39,194 nt of DNA from a virus (lineage: Duplodnaviria > Heunggongvirae > Uroviricota > Caudoviricetes): IMG/VR virus record IMGVR_UViG_3300045391_007586, one strand, 5' to 3'. Below, one piece after another: positions 23,907 to 34,041 of this stretch. Numbering within the stretch: position 1 is the first letter of the stretch; each line of letters begins with the position of its first letter. Made by a program: the position numbers and the translations under genes. Under the pieces are notes generated by a model. That model was not told the origin of the DNA. It saw only the letters and a program-made list of their open reading frames with translations, and ran no database searches.

Positions 23907-24302
23907 TCACGCTTCCTGAACCTGATAGCTGACATCCCATAGCTGCGTCGTGCCCACACCGACGTAGCGGAATTTCAGCGAGCCACCCACAAACCGAACC
24001 TGATACACCTGCTTGTCCTGCGGGCACGTCCAATCAAAGATGACCGAACCACCCATGACGGATTCGTAAAAATTCGCCAGCGTTTGCCGATCGGCGTCAG
24101 AGATCGACGTGTAGCCACTCGACCAGGTGCGGCGTGGCGGTCGCGTAAACTTCGCACGCGAGACCACGTAGCCGCCATCCATCTTCGTCTGTAGCGACGG
24201 GTCTTCATATTCGAGCGCGAACTTGGACGAGTCCTCGCCCGTCGACATCTTTGTCGTAACCGCCTCCGCGGTCACGATATTCGGAAATACCGGGTTAGCC
24301 AT
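23907..24302 (-). CDS. Distal tail protein (lambda M-like)
   Basis: Directly after the tape measure (TGATG overlap); MDGGY...R, FDWTCP pattern. Confidence 0.75.
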   Translation of the reverse strand: MANPVFPNIVTAEAVTTKMSTGEDSSKFALEYEDPSLQTKMDGGYVVSRAKFTRPPRRTWSSGYTSISDADRQTLANFYESVMGGSVIFDWTCPQDKQVYQVRFVGGSLKFRYVGVGTTQLWDVSYQVQEA

Positions 24303-27300
24303 CAGCTTACTGCTCCACGAAGGTTGTCACGGAAGGTGCCAGGCGTGGTCGCCGCATTCAGCACAACATCGAGGATTGCCTGACGGCCATCCCACCGGAC
24401 GTTGCCCTGCTGCGCGCTGACCTGCTGGCCGGTCTGATTGATCACGTTCACGTTCACATTCGGCGCGGCCCCGCCACTCTGCGAGGACGAACCGCCGCCC
24501 TTCATCGTGACAGGAATGCTGCGGCCGTCCGGCAGTGGCACATATGCCTCTGCCATCGAACCTTCGCCGAAAAGTGCGAGTTGCGGGCTGTCCGCGATGC
24601 CCCCGTTGGCATACTTGCGCAGCGAGACCTCGCCGAACTCGGTCATGATCCCGCCGTTCGCGAACGCTGTCAGGTCCATGCCGGCGCTCGTGCCGAACAG
24701 ACCGCCAGAGCCGCCAATATCAGCCATCGTCCCGGTTGTGGAAAAGCCGTAGTCACCGGCACTGCTGCCGCCGCCAAACAGGCCACCAAACAGGCCACCC
24801 AAACCGCCGCCGCCACCACCACCGCCACCCATCGATTGCAGCGCTGCCGCCGCTTCCTGCGCTGCCGAAGCCAGGGTTTGAAGGCCGGTCGTCGCCTCTG
24901 CGGATGCCGCCGTTTCAGTCGCGCTCTTCGCCGCCTGATCGCCAAGCGAAAACACGTTCTTGGCGACCTGTGAGCCGAACTGCGTCAGACTGCTCGTCGT
25001 CTGCTGCACCGCCGCAGTGATGCCGGACGCAGCAGTGCCACCGGGTCCGACCAGCGTGCTTCCGAACCCCATCAGCGCGGACGTGCCTTGCGTCGCCAGC
25101 GCGCCAACACCGGCCGGCAATGTGAACTGCGGGCCATTAGCGGCAGGAGTTGTGTCGCCCGTTACATAGTTCTTGACCAGATTACCGAGTCCGCCAAAGA
25201 GGCTCTTCATCGGGTCCGCGAGCGCCTTCTGCATGCTGTCCCGAAGCACATCCATGCCGATCGACTCAACGAACTGCTGCCATTGGAATTTGCCGGTCTT
25301 GACGAAGTTCATGAACGTGTCCATGAACTGATTCGACCAGGCAACTTCCTGCTGGTCGATTTCGTCGTCGGTGTCCTTCCACTTCTTCACCATTTCGTCG
25401 AGCGGCGTCTCCATATCCTTCTGGTATTGACGCCACAACGTCTTCATGTGGTCGGCGAACGCCTGCGCGTTTGCCTGACGGGTCGTGTAATACTCCTGCT
25501 CGATCTGGGCAAGGCGCGCTTGCTTCGCCTCGTCCGTCAGGTCGCTGTTCGACTGGATGTCGAACGACTCGGACGCGAACGTGGCATCGAGGTTGCTCTG
25601 ACGCGCCTCGTATTCCTTCTCCTGGGTATTGAGCGTGTTCTGATACTTGCGCTCCGTCTTGGCCCGCTTGGTATTTGCCTGCTCGTCGTCAAGCTGGTCG
25701 TTGGCGTCCTTGTCCTTGCTGCGCAGGTCGGCGCTGTAGGTGGACAGGTCAGTGCGCGCCTGTTCGAACAACGCAGCATCCTTCTGCATGCTCCAGTCGG
25801 CGAACGCCTTCGTGCCCGATTGCAGACGCTCTTCTGCACGGGCCATTTCCTTTTCGAGCGCCGTGAACGCCGCAGTCTGCTTCGTCAGGTTGCCGCTCGT
25901 CAGACGGCTGAGTGCGTCATTCGCGGTCGTTTCCGACGCCGCGACGCGTTCATTCGCGAAGGTCAGCGCCTTCTTCTGTTCAGCGTATTGCTCGACCGCC
26001 GCCTTGGCCTGCACCCAGGCTTGCACGTCCGGCGCCTGCTCGTTGAGCGTGCCGTCTGCATTCTTCCAACGACGCTTGCTCGGATCGTGCCCGATGTCGA
26101 AGTCGCCGCCAGCCCACTTGGCTTTGAACTCGTTCATGGCTTGCGTCAGGAACGAGTCTGAGTCCGGCGTGCGCGTGAGCAGCGACGCGAGACTGTCTAC
26201 GTCGTTGAGCTTCGCCGCCGTGAGCTCGGCGAGCGACTTCTTATACGGGTCTTCGTAAGCGGTTCGCTTCTTGCGACCGCCCGAGTCGTCGTCGAGAAGC
26301 GCCTGCATGCCCTTGCCAGGCAGCGAGCTAGAATCCGGCACTGTGGGCGTTTGCGTATGCGGCGCACCAATACCCATGCGGGCCATTTCCCGCGCGTCAG
26401 ACGTGGGGTCTTGCTGCGACGCCTGCTTGCCAAGGTAGAGCGCTTCGTCGCGCTGCCACTTCTTTTCGGCATCGGAGCGCTCTACCTTCGTCTGCGCCTG
26501 CGCGTTGGCGATGACGTTCGCGTCCGGGATGGGCACCATCGAGCCGTCCGCGCTTTGAACCCATTTCACGCCCTGTCCGGTGAACATTCCCTTCAGCGTG
26601 TCCTTGAACACCTGAACGAACGTCTTCGCCTTGTCGACGAGGCCGCTGAACCAATGGTCGAGCCATTCGTCGATGCTGTGACCGCCAACTTCAAGACTGC
26701 CGATCAGCTTCGTCAAGTCCCAAGCCAGCATCAGTTCGCCGACAAGCGGAATGGCGCGCAGGACGGCCTTGCCCATCAGGCCGAACGCTTCCACAACAGT
26801 GTTCGTCAGAGCTCCAAGCGAGCTGACGAGCAGTGGCGCAAACTTGTTTCCAAGTTGCAGAATCCATTCGCCAATCGAGGTCAGGATCGGCAACTTGAAG
26901 GCGCCAAAGAACGAGGCGACGCCGGTCGTCTCCGCGCCGAGCGCCGCCGCACCCTCTGCGGCAGTCTTGGTTGCGGTGCCAAACCCGGCCATTGCCGAAA
27001 TGAGCTTGCTGAAGCTGCCGAAAGCGCCAGTGACGCCCGCAATAGCGAGCTTGATGCCGCCCAATGCCGCGCCGACCGCGGTGATCTGCGTGATGAACGG
27101 ATGGTTGGCGGCAATCTCATTCATCGTCGCCAACAGCTTGTTCAGCTCGGTCAGGACGCCAGTGATGGCCGGCGCAAGATCGCCACCGACAGTCCGGGCG
27201 AGGTCGCCAAGCTGCTTCTGCGTTTGCGCCCACTGACCGTTCATCTGCTGCATCCGGTCAGCCTGCACCTGATCGGCGCCCGCCGCATCCGTAATCGTGC

Positions 27301-29545
27301 GCTGCTGAGCGTCAGCACGTGCGGCCATTGCCGGGTTCATGCCGACGCTAAGCGCCGTGACCGCCGTATTCCGAATGCCGAGCGGCATCAGGAACTTCAT
27401 CAAGGCGTTCTGCTGCGCGGTCGGGTCGTTGATGTCCGCGTTGCCGAAGTAGTGTGCGCGGTTCTTATCCTCCTGCATGTAAGCGAGGATCGTCGGCAGC
27501 ACCTTTTCGGCGAATGCAACAGGGTCGGACTGAGCGAGGTCTTGATGCTGGAAGCCGACCGTGCGCAGTTCCTTGAGGGTGCTCCTGGCACTCTTGCTTT
27601 TCAGGTCAAGCCCGTCAAGGTTCAGCACGCCGGCTTCCGCGAGCTGCTTGGCCGCATGGTCGCTCAGCGGCGCACCGGAGGCATACGAAGCGAGCGCGCG
27701 GAACGCCATACCCACCGTCGACGCACCGCCCGAAGCGCCACCGCTGCCACCACCGGCAGTCATCATCATGTCGATGACCGACGCAAGGTGTTCGATACCC
27801 TTGTCCGAGAGACCCTGGAAGAACGGCTGATCGCGACGCGCTGCCGATTCGATGTCATTGAGCTGAACCTTGCCGCCCGTCGCCGATACGATGCGCTGCA
27901 TGAGCTCCATCGTCTCGTTCGTGCGCTGCGGGTTGCCAATTGCACCGCGCGCTTCCGCAACGCCGTAGAGGTTCCGAATGGTCGTCTGAAGGTCGCCGTG
28001 AGCGAGACCCATCGCCTCAAGGTTCTGGGCGACTTCGATGGCCTTGCCTAGCGTCGCGTCGATCGCTTCCGTGTTGTTTTCGCCGATCGACGAAATGGCC
28101 GACATGCGCGCCTTAACGGCGTCGAGCGCGGTGATGAAGGGGTTGATCTTCGAGAGATCGAACGCCTTCTGCATGTATTCGGCTTGTGCGGCAGGCGACA
28201 GGTTGAGAGCCTTGAGTTGGAGCTGCTGCTGCTCCATCTGGCTTTCGGCGCTGATCGCCGACTTGAATCCGGCCTCGATCTTGAACGCCGCCCACGCCGC
28301 CCCGAGCGACTTGAGCATCTGGGCCTGCGCCTGCATTGCCGCGTTCTGCGCTTCAAGGTCGGCCTGGCGCTGCTTGGCCTGCTGTGCCGCAAGCCGAGCC
28401 GCTTCCGCTGCGCGCTCTTCCGCCGCAGCAAGGTTTTCAGCAGCCTTCGCGGCGCCCATTGCCGCGACCTGCTGCTTCACGAAGTCATCGCCAGCTTCGA
28501 GCGACGCGACAGCCGCGAGGTGCATCGCCTCTGCGGCCTTGTCGAGCTCCGCGCTGACCTCGTTCAGCGTAGCCATGATCGGCAGGCTCGCAAAGCGCTG
28601 CTCTGCCGCTGCCGCTTCGTTCGTTGCGGCCGTCAGAGTCGCGAGCGCTTCGGCGTCGCGCTGAATCGCGGCAATGCGGCTTGCGCGCTCCCCGTTCTCG
28701 CGGTTGATCTCCTGAATAAGCTCACCGATCGCGAGTGCTTCGAGCCGAGCGGCAGTCGCGTTCTGTTCGAGCCGGTTCGCTTCCTGCTGCGCCTGCTCGG
28801 CATTCGCCAGGTAGGGTGCCGAAGATGTGGTTGCACCCTTGACGTAAGAATCCTTGCCCGACGTTGCAGCGGCCTTGCGACCCTGCGCCAAGATGCGCTC
28901 TGCAATAGCCAGGTCTTCGTCGGCGCGCACGCGTGCGCCCAACGCGCGGTTTTCAAGCTCGGTCGCCAGTCGGTTGAGCTCGTCATACGTCGCACTACGC
29001 TCGGCGATGATGCGCTTGTTCAGCGCAATCTCGTTTTCCAGTTCCGAGACCTTCGCCGCGGTCGCGTCTTCAGCCGCCTTCTTCGCGGTCGCCGCGCCTC
29101 TCTTCTGCGCAGCGCCAAGCGCATCGATGCCCGAGATTGCCTGTGCGATCGACGGCTTGAGCTGCGCCATGCTGACGCCAATACCGTCGAGCGCGCTCTT
29201 CAGCTCGTTGTTCCGACCGATCGAGAAGCTGGAAGACAACTCCTTGATGTTCGAGCTGGCGTTCTTCGCCTTGCTCGCGACCGCGCCAATCTTGTCGACG
29301 GCGCTCGTGATGCTCTGGGTAAAACTGGCAAGCGACGACTCAAGGCCGGAGAACCGCGCTCCGAAGTCCTGCATGTCCTTCGACAGTGCGCCGATCGACT
29401 TCTCAAACTGATCGGCGAACTTGCCGGAATCCTGGAGCGCTGCATTCAGCGCCTTGATGAATGCACTGGCCTTTTCCGTCTTGGCGGAAAAACCATTGTC
29501 GTCCAGTGTAAGAGTGACCTTGATGTCGCCGCCAATACCGCTCAT
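24302..29545 (-). CDS. Tail tape measure protein (1747 aa)
   Basis: Very long Ala-rich helical ORF after the chaperones; C-terminal FANGG...YANGGIA..P..ALFGEG..AEAYVPL motif. Confidence 0.93.
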   Translation of the reverse strand: MSGIGGDIKVTLTLDDNGFSAKTEKASAFIKALNAALQDSGKFADQFEKSIGALSKDMQDFGARFSGLESSLASFTQSITSAVDKIGAVASKAKNASSNIKELSSSFSIGRNNELKSALDGIGVSMAQLKPSIAQAISGIDALGAAQKRGAATAKKAAEDATAAKVSELENEIALNKRIIAERSATYDELNRLATELENRALGARVRADEDLAIAERILAQGRKAAATSGKDSYVKGATTSSAPYLANAEQAQQEANRLEQNATAARLEALAIGELIQEINRENGERASRIAAIQRDAEALATLTAATNEAAAAEQRFASLPIMATLNEVSAELDKAAEAMHLAAVASLEAGDDFVKQQVAAMGAAKAAENLAAAEERAAEAARLAAQQAKQRQADLEAQNAAMQAQAQMLKSLGAAWAAFKIEAGFKSAISAESQMEQQQLQLKALNLSPAAQAEYMQKAFDLSKINPFITALDAVKARMSAISSIGENNTEAIDATLGKAIEVAQNLEAMGLAHGDLQTTIRNLYGVAEARGAIGNPQRTNETMELMQRIVSATGGKVQLNDIESAARRDQPFFQGLSDKGIEHLASVIDMMMTAGGGSGGASGGASTVGMAFRALASYASGAPLSDHAAKQLAEAGVLNLDGLDLKSKSARSTLKELRTVGFQHQDLAQSDPVAFAEKVLPTILAYMQEDKNRAHYFGNADINDPTAQQNALMKFLMPLGIRNTAVTALSVGMNPAMAARADAQQRTITDAAGADQVQADRMQQMNGQWAQTQKQLGDLARTVGGDLAPAITGVLTELNKLLATMNEIAANHPFITQITAVGAALGGIKLAIAGVTGAFGSFSKLISAMAGFGTATKTAAEGAAALGAETTGVASFFGAFKLPILTSIGEWILQLGNKFAPLLVSSLGALTNTVVEAFGLMGKAVLRAIPLVGELMLAWDLTKLIGSLEVGGHSIDEWLDHWFSGLVDKAKTFVQVFKDTLKGMFTGQGVKWVQSADGSMVPIPDANVIANAQAQTKVERSDAEKKWQRDEALYLGKQASQQDPTSDAREMARMGIGAPHTQTPTVPDSSSLPGKGMQALLDDDSGGRKKRTAYEDPYKKSLAELTAAKLNDVDSLASLLTRTPDSDSFLTQAMNEFKAKWAGGDFDIGHDPSKRRWKNADGTLNEQAPDVQAWVQAKAAVEQYAEQKKALTFANERVAASETTANDALSRLTSGNLTKQTAAFTALEKEMARAEERLQSGTKAFADWSMQKDAALFEQARTDLSTYSADLRSKDKDANDQLDDEQANTKRAKTERKYQNTLNTQEKEYEARQSNLDATFASESFDIQSNSDLTDEAKQARLAQIEQEYYTTRQANAQAFADHMKTLWRQYQKDMETPLDEMVKKWKDTDDEIDQQEVAWSNQFMDTFMNFVKTGKFQWQQFVESIGMDVLRDSMQKALADPMKSLFGGLGNLVKNYVTGDTTPAANGPQFTLPAGVGALATQGTSALMGFGSTLVGPGGTAASGITAAVQQTTSSLTQFGSQVAKNVFSLGDQAAKSATETAASAEATTGLQTLASAAQEAAAALQSMGGGGGGGGGLGGLFGGLFGGGSSAGDYGFSTTGTMADIGGSGGLFGTSAGMDLTAFANGGIMTEFGEVSLRKYANGGIADSPQLALFGEGSMAEAYVPLPDGRSIPVTMKGGGSSSQSGGAAPNVNVNVINQTGQQVSAQQGNVRWDGRQAILDVVLNAATTPGTFRDNLRGAVS

Positions 29546-29559
29546 GTTGCCAAATGCCT

Positions 29560-29901
29560 TTAAAGTTTGCCGCGAATCGGCTGTCTTGCCATCGCCCTCA
29601 GTTCTTCAAATCCAGCCCGGTCTCGAACCGGCGTATCCTCGTTGCGAGTGATCGTTCCGATCTCCAGCACGAGCTGCTTGCGATGCTCTGTTGCGAACGG
29701 CCCGCCTTGAGCGGCCAGGCCGGTCGTCAGCGCTCGCATATCCCTCTGGGCCATGATTCGTTCTATTTGCTCTGACATGAGCCAGAAGGTCTTCATGGGA
29801 AGCGCTCTGACTTCCCACGGCGTCATCGAGTAGAAGTGACAAACCCGACAAAACAGGAAACCGATGTCGATTTCAGTGATTCGCGGCTTCTTTACTTTCC
29901 C
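29560..29901 (-). CDS. Tail assembly chaperone C-terminal part (lambda T-like), reached by -1 frameshift
   Basis: The -1 frame from the slippery site is open (GKVKKPRITEIDIGFLFCRVCHFYS) and in frame with ORF 29560-29826. Confidence 0.8.
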   Translation of the reverse strand, partial: GKVKKPRITEIDIGFLFCRVCHFYSMTPWEVRALPMKTFWLMSEQIERIMAQRDMRALTTGLAAQGGPFATEHRKQLVLEIGTITRNEDTPVRDRAGFEELRAMARQPIRGKL

Positions 29902-30209
29902 GCCGCTTCACCCTCTTCGACGGCCTCGTGCTCGTCGTCACCACGAACGAACGCGGTGAGCACCTGGAGCTGCGCGAGCGGAATCTTGCGAAGCACTTCT
30001 TCCGGGCAGCTCGGCAGCGAGCGACGCAGCATTTGCACCGTGGCCGCGACCTGCTTCGGGATGCTCTTTTCGTCCTTGAGCGCTTCCGCTTCCGCGCTCG
30101 TGACGAGGAAGTTGTCGACCGTCATTTCTTCGATCGGATACTCCTTGCCGAAGAGCTTGACGGAACGACGCTCTGCCACGAGCTTGTCCAGGTTCAGAAT
30201 CTTTGCCAT
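29892..30209 (-). CDS. Tail assembly chaperone (lambda G-like)
   Basis: AAGGAG RBS; between tail tube and tape measure; ends in the slippery site. Confidence 0.85.
   Translation of the reverse strand: MAKILNLDKLVAERRSVKLFGKEYPIEEMTVDNFLVTSAEAEALKDEKSIPKQVAATVQMLRRSLPSCPEEVLRKIPLAQLQVLTAFVRGDDEHEAVEEGEAAGK
29895..29901 (-). other. Programmed -1 frameshift slippery heptamer G-GGA-AAG
   Basis: GGGAAAG immediately before the TAA of the chaperone gene, identical to the lambda G/T site. Confidence 0.85.
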
Positions 30210-30230
30210 TTGCTACTCCTTCTGCTGAAA

Positions 30231-30251
30231 GGCCCCGCTCATAGCGGGGCC
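30231..30251 (-). terminator. Putative terminator/attenuator after the tail tube gene
   Basis: 9-bp stem GGCCCCGCT/AGCGGGGCC followed by a short TTTC. Confidence 0.55.
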
Positions 30252-30273
30252 AGGTTGCTTGGTTAAACGACTA

Positions 30274-30291
30274 TCCGTCAATTACGACTGA
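30274..30291. promoter_or_regulatory. Operator-like site 12 (TCCGTCA-ATTA-CGACTGA)
   Basis: Immediately after the tail tube stop codon. Confidence 0.68.
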
Positions 30292-31161
30292 TTATTGACC
30301 CACAGTAAAAAGCAGGCCGGTGTTCGGGTCCGGGTAGCCCATGAAGTCCACATCGAAGATGCGCTCCTTCTCCAGGTCGTAGGAGAAGTTCAGGGCGCCC
30401 GACGTTGCGGCCAGCGGAACCACGAAGTCGTCCGACACGTCGCCGTCAGCCTTGTCCACCGGATGCAGGCGCAGCGAGCGCGCCAGGTCGAGCAGGTTCG
30501 TGCCGATGCCCGTATTCACCGTCACGCTCTTCTGTGTGGGGTCGACGCCGCCCGCCAGCGTTGCGCCGGATACCGTCACGTTCGAGCCCGACGTGCCATT
30601 CGACAGCGTGAACGAGTTGCCGAGCACGCCGGCCTCGCCCGTGGTGCCGTAGAGCGCCGGAGCGCCGTAGGTGATGTTCACCGCCGAGCCGTTGACCTGG
30701 TAGCTCGCGACCGTCAGGTTTGCGTCCTTGCTTGCGCTCAGCACGGCAGCGAGGTTCTGCGCCGTCGCTTGCGGAGTCGAGCCGATCTGCACGTCAGTCG
30801 GGTTGACCGCCGTCGTCTCGAACGTGAACGTCACGCCATTGACGACGATCGTCTCGCCCGAGGTCGGGACGGAGGCGACGTTGATCGAGCCGGTTGCCGG
30901 CGTGCCGCCATTCACCGACATCTTGGCGCCTGGCATGATCAGGCACAGGTTGTCGATGGTCGTTTCGGCGAGCGGCACCTTCACGTCGACCGTGCGGCCC
31001 ATGATGTATTCGTTGATCGGCGTCTTGCCGAACTGATCGACCGTGACCTGGTGGGTGTCGGTCTTCACCGTCACCTGAACGCCGCCCTGGGTGTAGCCAA
31101 GGTCAACGTTGTCATAGATCACCTTGCAAACGCCCAGGCGGACGTTCTTGGTGTTGCTCAT
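30292..31161 (-). CDS. Major tail (tube) protein
   Basis: ATG 31161 with AGGAGA RBS; DLGYTQGGVQV, DQFGKTPI, VPLAETT pattern; upstream of the chaperones. Confidence 0.85.
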   Translation of the reverse strand: MSNTKNVRLGVCKVIYDNVDLGYTQGGVQVTVKTDTHQVTVDQFGKTPINEYIMGRTVDVKVPLAETTIDNLCLIMPGAKMSVNGGTPATGSINVASVPTSGETIVVNGVTFTFETTAVNPTDVQIGSTPQATAQNLAAVLSASKDANLTVASYQVNGSAVNITYGAPALYGTTGEAGVLGNSFTLSNGTSGSNVTVSGATLAGGVDPTQKSVTVNTGIGTNLLDLARSLRLHPVDKADGDVSDDFVVPLAATSGALNFSYDLEKERIFDVDFMGYPDPNTGLLFTVGQ

Positions 31162-31184
31162 TGCTAAATCTCCTTGCAAGAAGT

Positions 31185-31249
31185 TCAGTCTGTTACGACT
31201 GACGGAGCATATCACACTTGCAGGAGTTTTTCCAGTCAGTTACGACTGA
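31185..31249. promoter_or_regulatory. Tandem operator-like sites 13 (31185-31202) and 14 (31232-31249) upstream of the tail tube gene
   Basis: TCAGTCT-GTTA-CGACTGA and CCAGTCA-GTTA-CGACTGA, 47 bp apart, flanking a possible TGn-TATGCT extended -10. Confidence 0.72.
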
Positions 31250-31258
31250 CATTAAATG

Positions 31259-31726
31259 TCAAGAGCTTGTTGCGGCGGCCACCTGATTCACGATCCGCTC
31301 CTTGAGTGCGTCGAGTGCGCGCTCCATAAAGCCGCCACCGACCACTACCGAACTGCCCTCCTGCTTCTCTTGCGAGCGCTCGCCGAGCTGCAATGGACCG
31401 ACCGGCGTCAGGTGTTCGTGCATTTCGTAGGCATAATCCCCTACCGTCTTTCCCGGCCGGTCTGGGACCGGCATCGACATATCGACGTAGACCGACACTT
31501 CCTTGCGCGTGAAGCGCCCCGTCGCTGCATCGCGCCCTGATCCGCCCTCGTCGATCTTGATCGCCTCTTCGAGGTTGCCCTTGTCGATTGGGGCCATCTT
31601 GATTGCGAGCTCCTGAATCTCTTTCGCGCCTTCAAGGATCGCCCCAAACGCCCGCCGCTTGGTATTCGAATCGATGTTCAGAAGCATTTCCTGCGCTTCG
31701 ATCGCGCCTGTTACCACGATACCCAT
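31259..31726 (-). CDS. HK97 gp10-like neck/tail completion protein
   Basis: APIDKGNLEEAI, YAYEMHE and FMERAL pattern. Confidence 0.75.
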   Translation of the reverse strand: MGIVVTGAIEAQEMLLNIDSNTKRRAFGAILEGAKEIQELAIKMAPIDKGNLEEAIKIDEGGSGRDAATGRFTRKEVSVYVDMSMPVPDRPGKTVGDYAYEMHEHLTPVGPLQLGERSQEKQEGSSVVVGGGFMERALDALKERIVNQVAAATSS

Positions 31727-31729
31727 TGC

Positions 31730-32110
31730 TCAGCTCTGCACGAAGTTGACATCGAAGAAGCACGTCCACTCGATAAAGTTGCCGCGCGAGAGCGGAAACG
31801 CTACCGGGTCGGCGTGCGGTCGGCAATAGTTGAAGAATTGATTCTCCACCTGGGTCGCCGTCATCGTGATCGAATCGACGACCTGCTGCATGAGCGCCTG
31901 CCCGTCCACATAGTCGTTCGAGCGCGTTGTGACCTGAAACTGGCCCTTGAAATAGCCGGGCAACTCGTAGTCGATTGCCGTGCCGGTGATTCGGTTGCGC
32001 AGCAGAATGCCGCGCGCACAGTCCGCGGGCATGAAATCAACGAACAGGGACGTTCCCTGCTCGCCAATGTTCTTGGTCTGGAGAAGGTTCGCAAGCGGCA
32101 TCAGGTTCAT
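31730..32110 (-). CDS. Putative tail terminator / minor virion protein
   Basis: Size, position and FQVTTR...F..NF pattern. Confidence 0.6.
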   Translation of the reverse strand: MNLMPLANLLQTKNIGEQGTSLFVDFMPADCARGILLRNRITGTAIDYELPGYFKGQFQVTTRSNDYVDGQALMQQVVDSITMTATQVENQFFNYCRPHADPVAFPLSRGNFIEWTCFFDVNFVQS

Positions 32111-32119
32111 GGCTTTGCC

Positions 32120-32470
32120 TCAGTTCGATTGCGGGTAGACGCTGGCATGAACTTCGTAGTGGTCGAGCCGGCCCGTCAGCGCGTGCTGCGGGAACATCGC
32201 CTCGATGCGGTAGCTCACGCCGTCGATCGCGAAGATGTCGTTGCGCACTGCGGCCGTCGTCGGAGCAAGCAGGATGACGGCATCTGCGACGAGTTCTTCA
32301 GCCGCCGACCGCGTTGCGGACGCATGCGTGCTCAGCGGCGTATGCGCTTGGGCTGGATTGAGTTTGACGATCGCGCACGGCTCGGAAACGCCGACGCCTG
32401 GCTTGCCTTGCCCAAACACCGTCTTTGGCCCCGCCTTGTAAAGGACGCACGTCGAGTTAGGGCGAAACAT
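32120..32470 (-). CDS. Putative head closure (stopper) protein
   Basis: True start ATG 32470; DIFAIDGVSYRIEAM...LDHYEV pattern; position in the head-tail block. Confidence 0.65.
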   Translation of the reverse strand: MFRPNSTCVLYKAGPKTVFGQGKPGVGVSEPCAIVKLNPAQAHTPLSTHASATRSAAEELVADAVILLAPTTAAVRNDIFAIDGVSYRIEAMFPQHALTGRLDHYEVHASVYPQSN

Positions 32471-33146
32471 AGCTGACAACCCTCGCAGTCGCATTAGGAT
32501 GGAAGATCGAGCCGCGGATCGACGCGAAGCTCGGGTAGCCGTCCGTCTTCCCACTGATCGAGAAAACGAGGCCGTTGTTCGTATGGTTCGGGTCCGCGTA
32601 TTGGACCATTGCCAGGTCGCCGTCCATATGCGCAAGATCGAACTCAATATCGTTCTGGTAGCCGAAGTCGCGCACCATCGTGCGCATGAGCACGGGCGCT
32701 TTCCACATGCGGCCGGACGCGTCCGCAACCTTGAACTCCGGCTTCTCCAGCTTGCGCTGAAGCAGGAGCCCGACGCCGCCCGTGGCCGTCTTGAGCATGC
32801 TCGCGAACTGCTGCGTCTTGCCCTTCAACCGGTCGACGAGCGAGCGCTGGTTCGCGCCCGCGATGCGCTCAATGTCGTCGAGAAGCCCTTCAGCGGCCGT
32901 CCGGGCATCCCTGAGAACGCGATGATCGGGAGCCGCATTCGGAGCGCTCAGAAACGCGTCGATCTCACCGCGCGTCTGTGCGATGAAGGTCTTCTTCAGC
33001 CGGTTCGTCACTGTCTCGAACTCGGTCAGCAGGCGTGGCGACACGTGCGCACCCGGCGCCTGCATCGAGAAGTAGACGCCCGTGATGCCGTAGAGATAGG
33101 CGTCATAGAGCGCCATGACGGCGCGGGTCAGCGCGTCGTAATCCAT
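32457..33146 (-). CDS. Putative minor capsid / head morphogenesis protein
   Basis: ATG 33146 coupled to the upstream stop (TGATG); DASGRMWK..LMRTMVR motif and terminal FHPNA. Confidence 0.6.
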   Translation of the reverse strand: MDYDALTRAVMALYDAYLYGITGVYFSMQAPGAHVSPRLLTEFETVTNRLKKTFIAQTRGEIDAFLSAPNAAPDHRVLRDARTAAEGLLDDIERIAGANQRSLVDRLKGKTQQFASMLKTATGGVGLLLQRKLEKPEFKVADASGRMWKAPVLMRTMVRDFGYQNDIEFDLAHMDGDLAMVQYADPNHTNNGLVFSISGKTDGYPSFASIRGSIFHPNATARVVSYVSP

Positions 33147-34030
33147 CACGCGCGCCCGATCATCTTCGTGTTCGTCAGGAAGTAGCTCAGATACGACATC
33201 GCCTTGCGGCACGCCGGTAGCTGAAGCGGCTTCGCTCCGCGGAACATCTGTTTCGTCTGGCCGATCGATTCAACCACGAGACCTTCCTGCCGGCGCTGCT
33301 CGATCGGGTCCGGTTGCAGGATGTAGTCGGCTTCCGCAACCTGCGCCTTCTGGAGTGCAATGATGAAGCGGTTCGGGAGCTGGCTGAACTGCTGCGGTGT
33401 GAGCAGCCCGAGCATCCCGTTGAACATGAATAGGCTGTTCGTTGCCGCGTATTGCGACACGTATTGCCCTTCCGGGATGTAGTTCAGACTGTCTTGGCCG
33501 AAATTGACGTTGGTGTTCAGCAGGTAATAGTTGAGTCGGACAAGGTGATCGCGGGCCTCGATCATTGCTGCGGTGCGCGCATCTTCGTCGGCGGCATCCC
33601 ACCCCGGACAGTTCGCGATGAAGCGTCGCGTGAGCTGCGCCTGCGCATAGGACTGAAACGAGTTGAGCCCCATCACAAGCACGTCTACCGGACGCAGCAC
33701 GTAGCTCGCCGAGAGCATGAACGTGTTGCCAAGCGCATCGACACACGTCAACTGGATCGTGCGCGAGCCGAACGTGCTCTGGTCGATGTCCGCGACATTG
33801 TTGTCGGTCGTGGAAAACGTCTGGATCGCATTGCTACCTGCCGGAACCGTGATCGAGACGGACGTTTGGCCCACCGTATAGCCAGGAACGGGCGTCGACG
33901 GAATGATCTCGGTGTCCGTCTGGTCAACCACGCGGTAGTTGACCGTTGCCGGCTGAACTGGATTGCCCGAGTCGTCGAGCAGCGGAATGTCGACCGTGAC
34001 GGCGGTCCCGGCGAGGTAACTTTGCATCAT
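33146..34030 (-). CDS. Putative head-tail adaptor with N-terminal beta domain
   Basis: SFQSYAQA...W......RTAAMIEARDHL and ESIGQTKQMF patterns; position after the capsid accessory genes. Confidence 0.6.
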   Translation of the reverse strand: MMQSYLAGTAVTVDIPLLDDSGNPVQPATVNYRVVDQTDTEIIPSTPVPGYTVGQTSVSITVPAGSNAIQTFSTTDNNVADIDQSTFGSRTIQLTCVDALGNTFMLSASYVLRPVDVLVMGLNSFQSYAQAQLTRRFIANCPGWDAADEDARTAAMIEARDHLVRLNYYLLNTNVNFGQDSLNYIPEGQYVSQYAATNSLFMFNGMLGLLTPQQFSQLPNRFIIALQKAQVAEADYILQPDPIEQRRQEGLVVESIGQTKQMFRGAKPLQLPACRKAMSYLSYFLTNTKMIGRA

Positions 34031-34041
34031 TGCGATACGCC

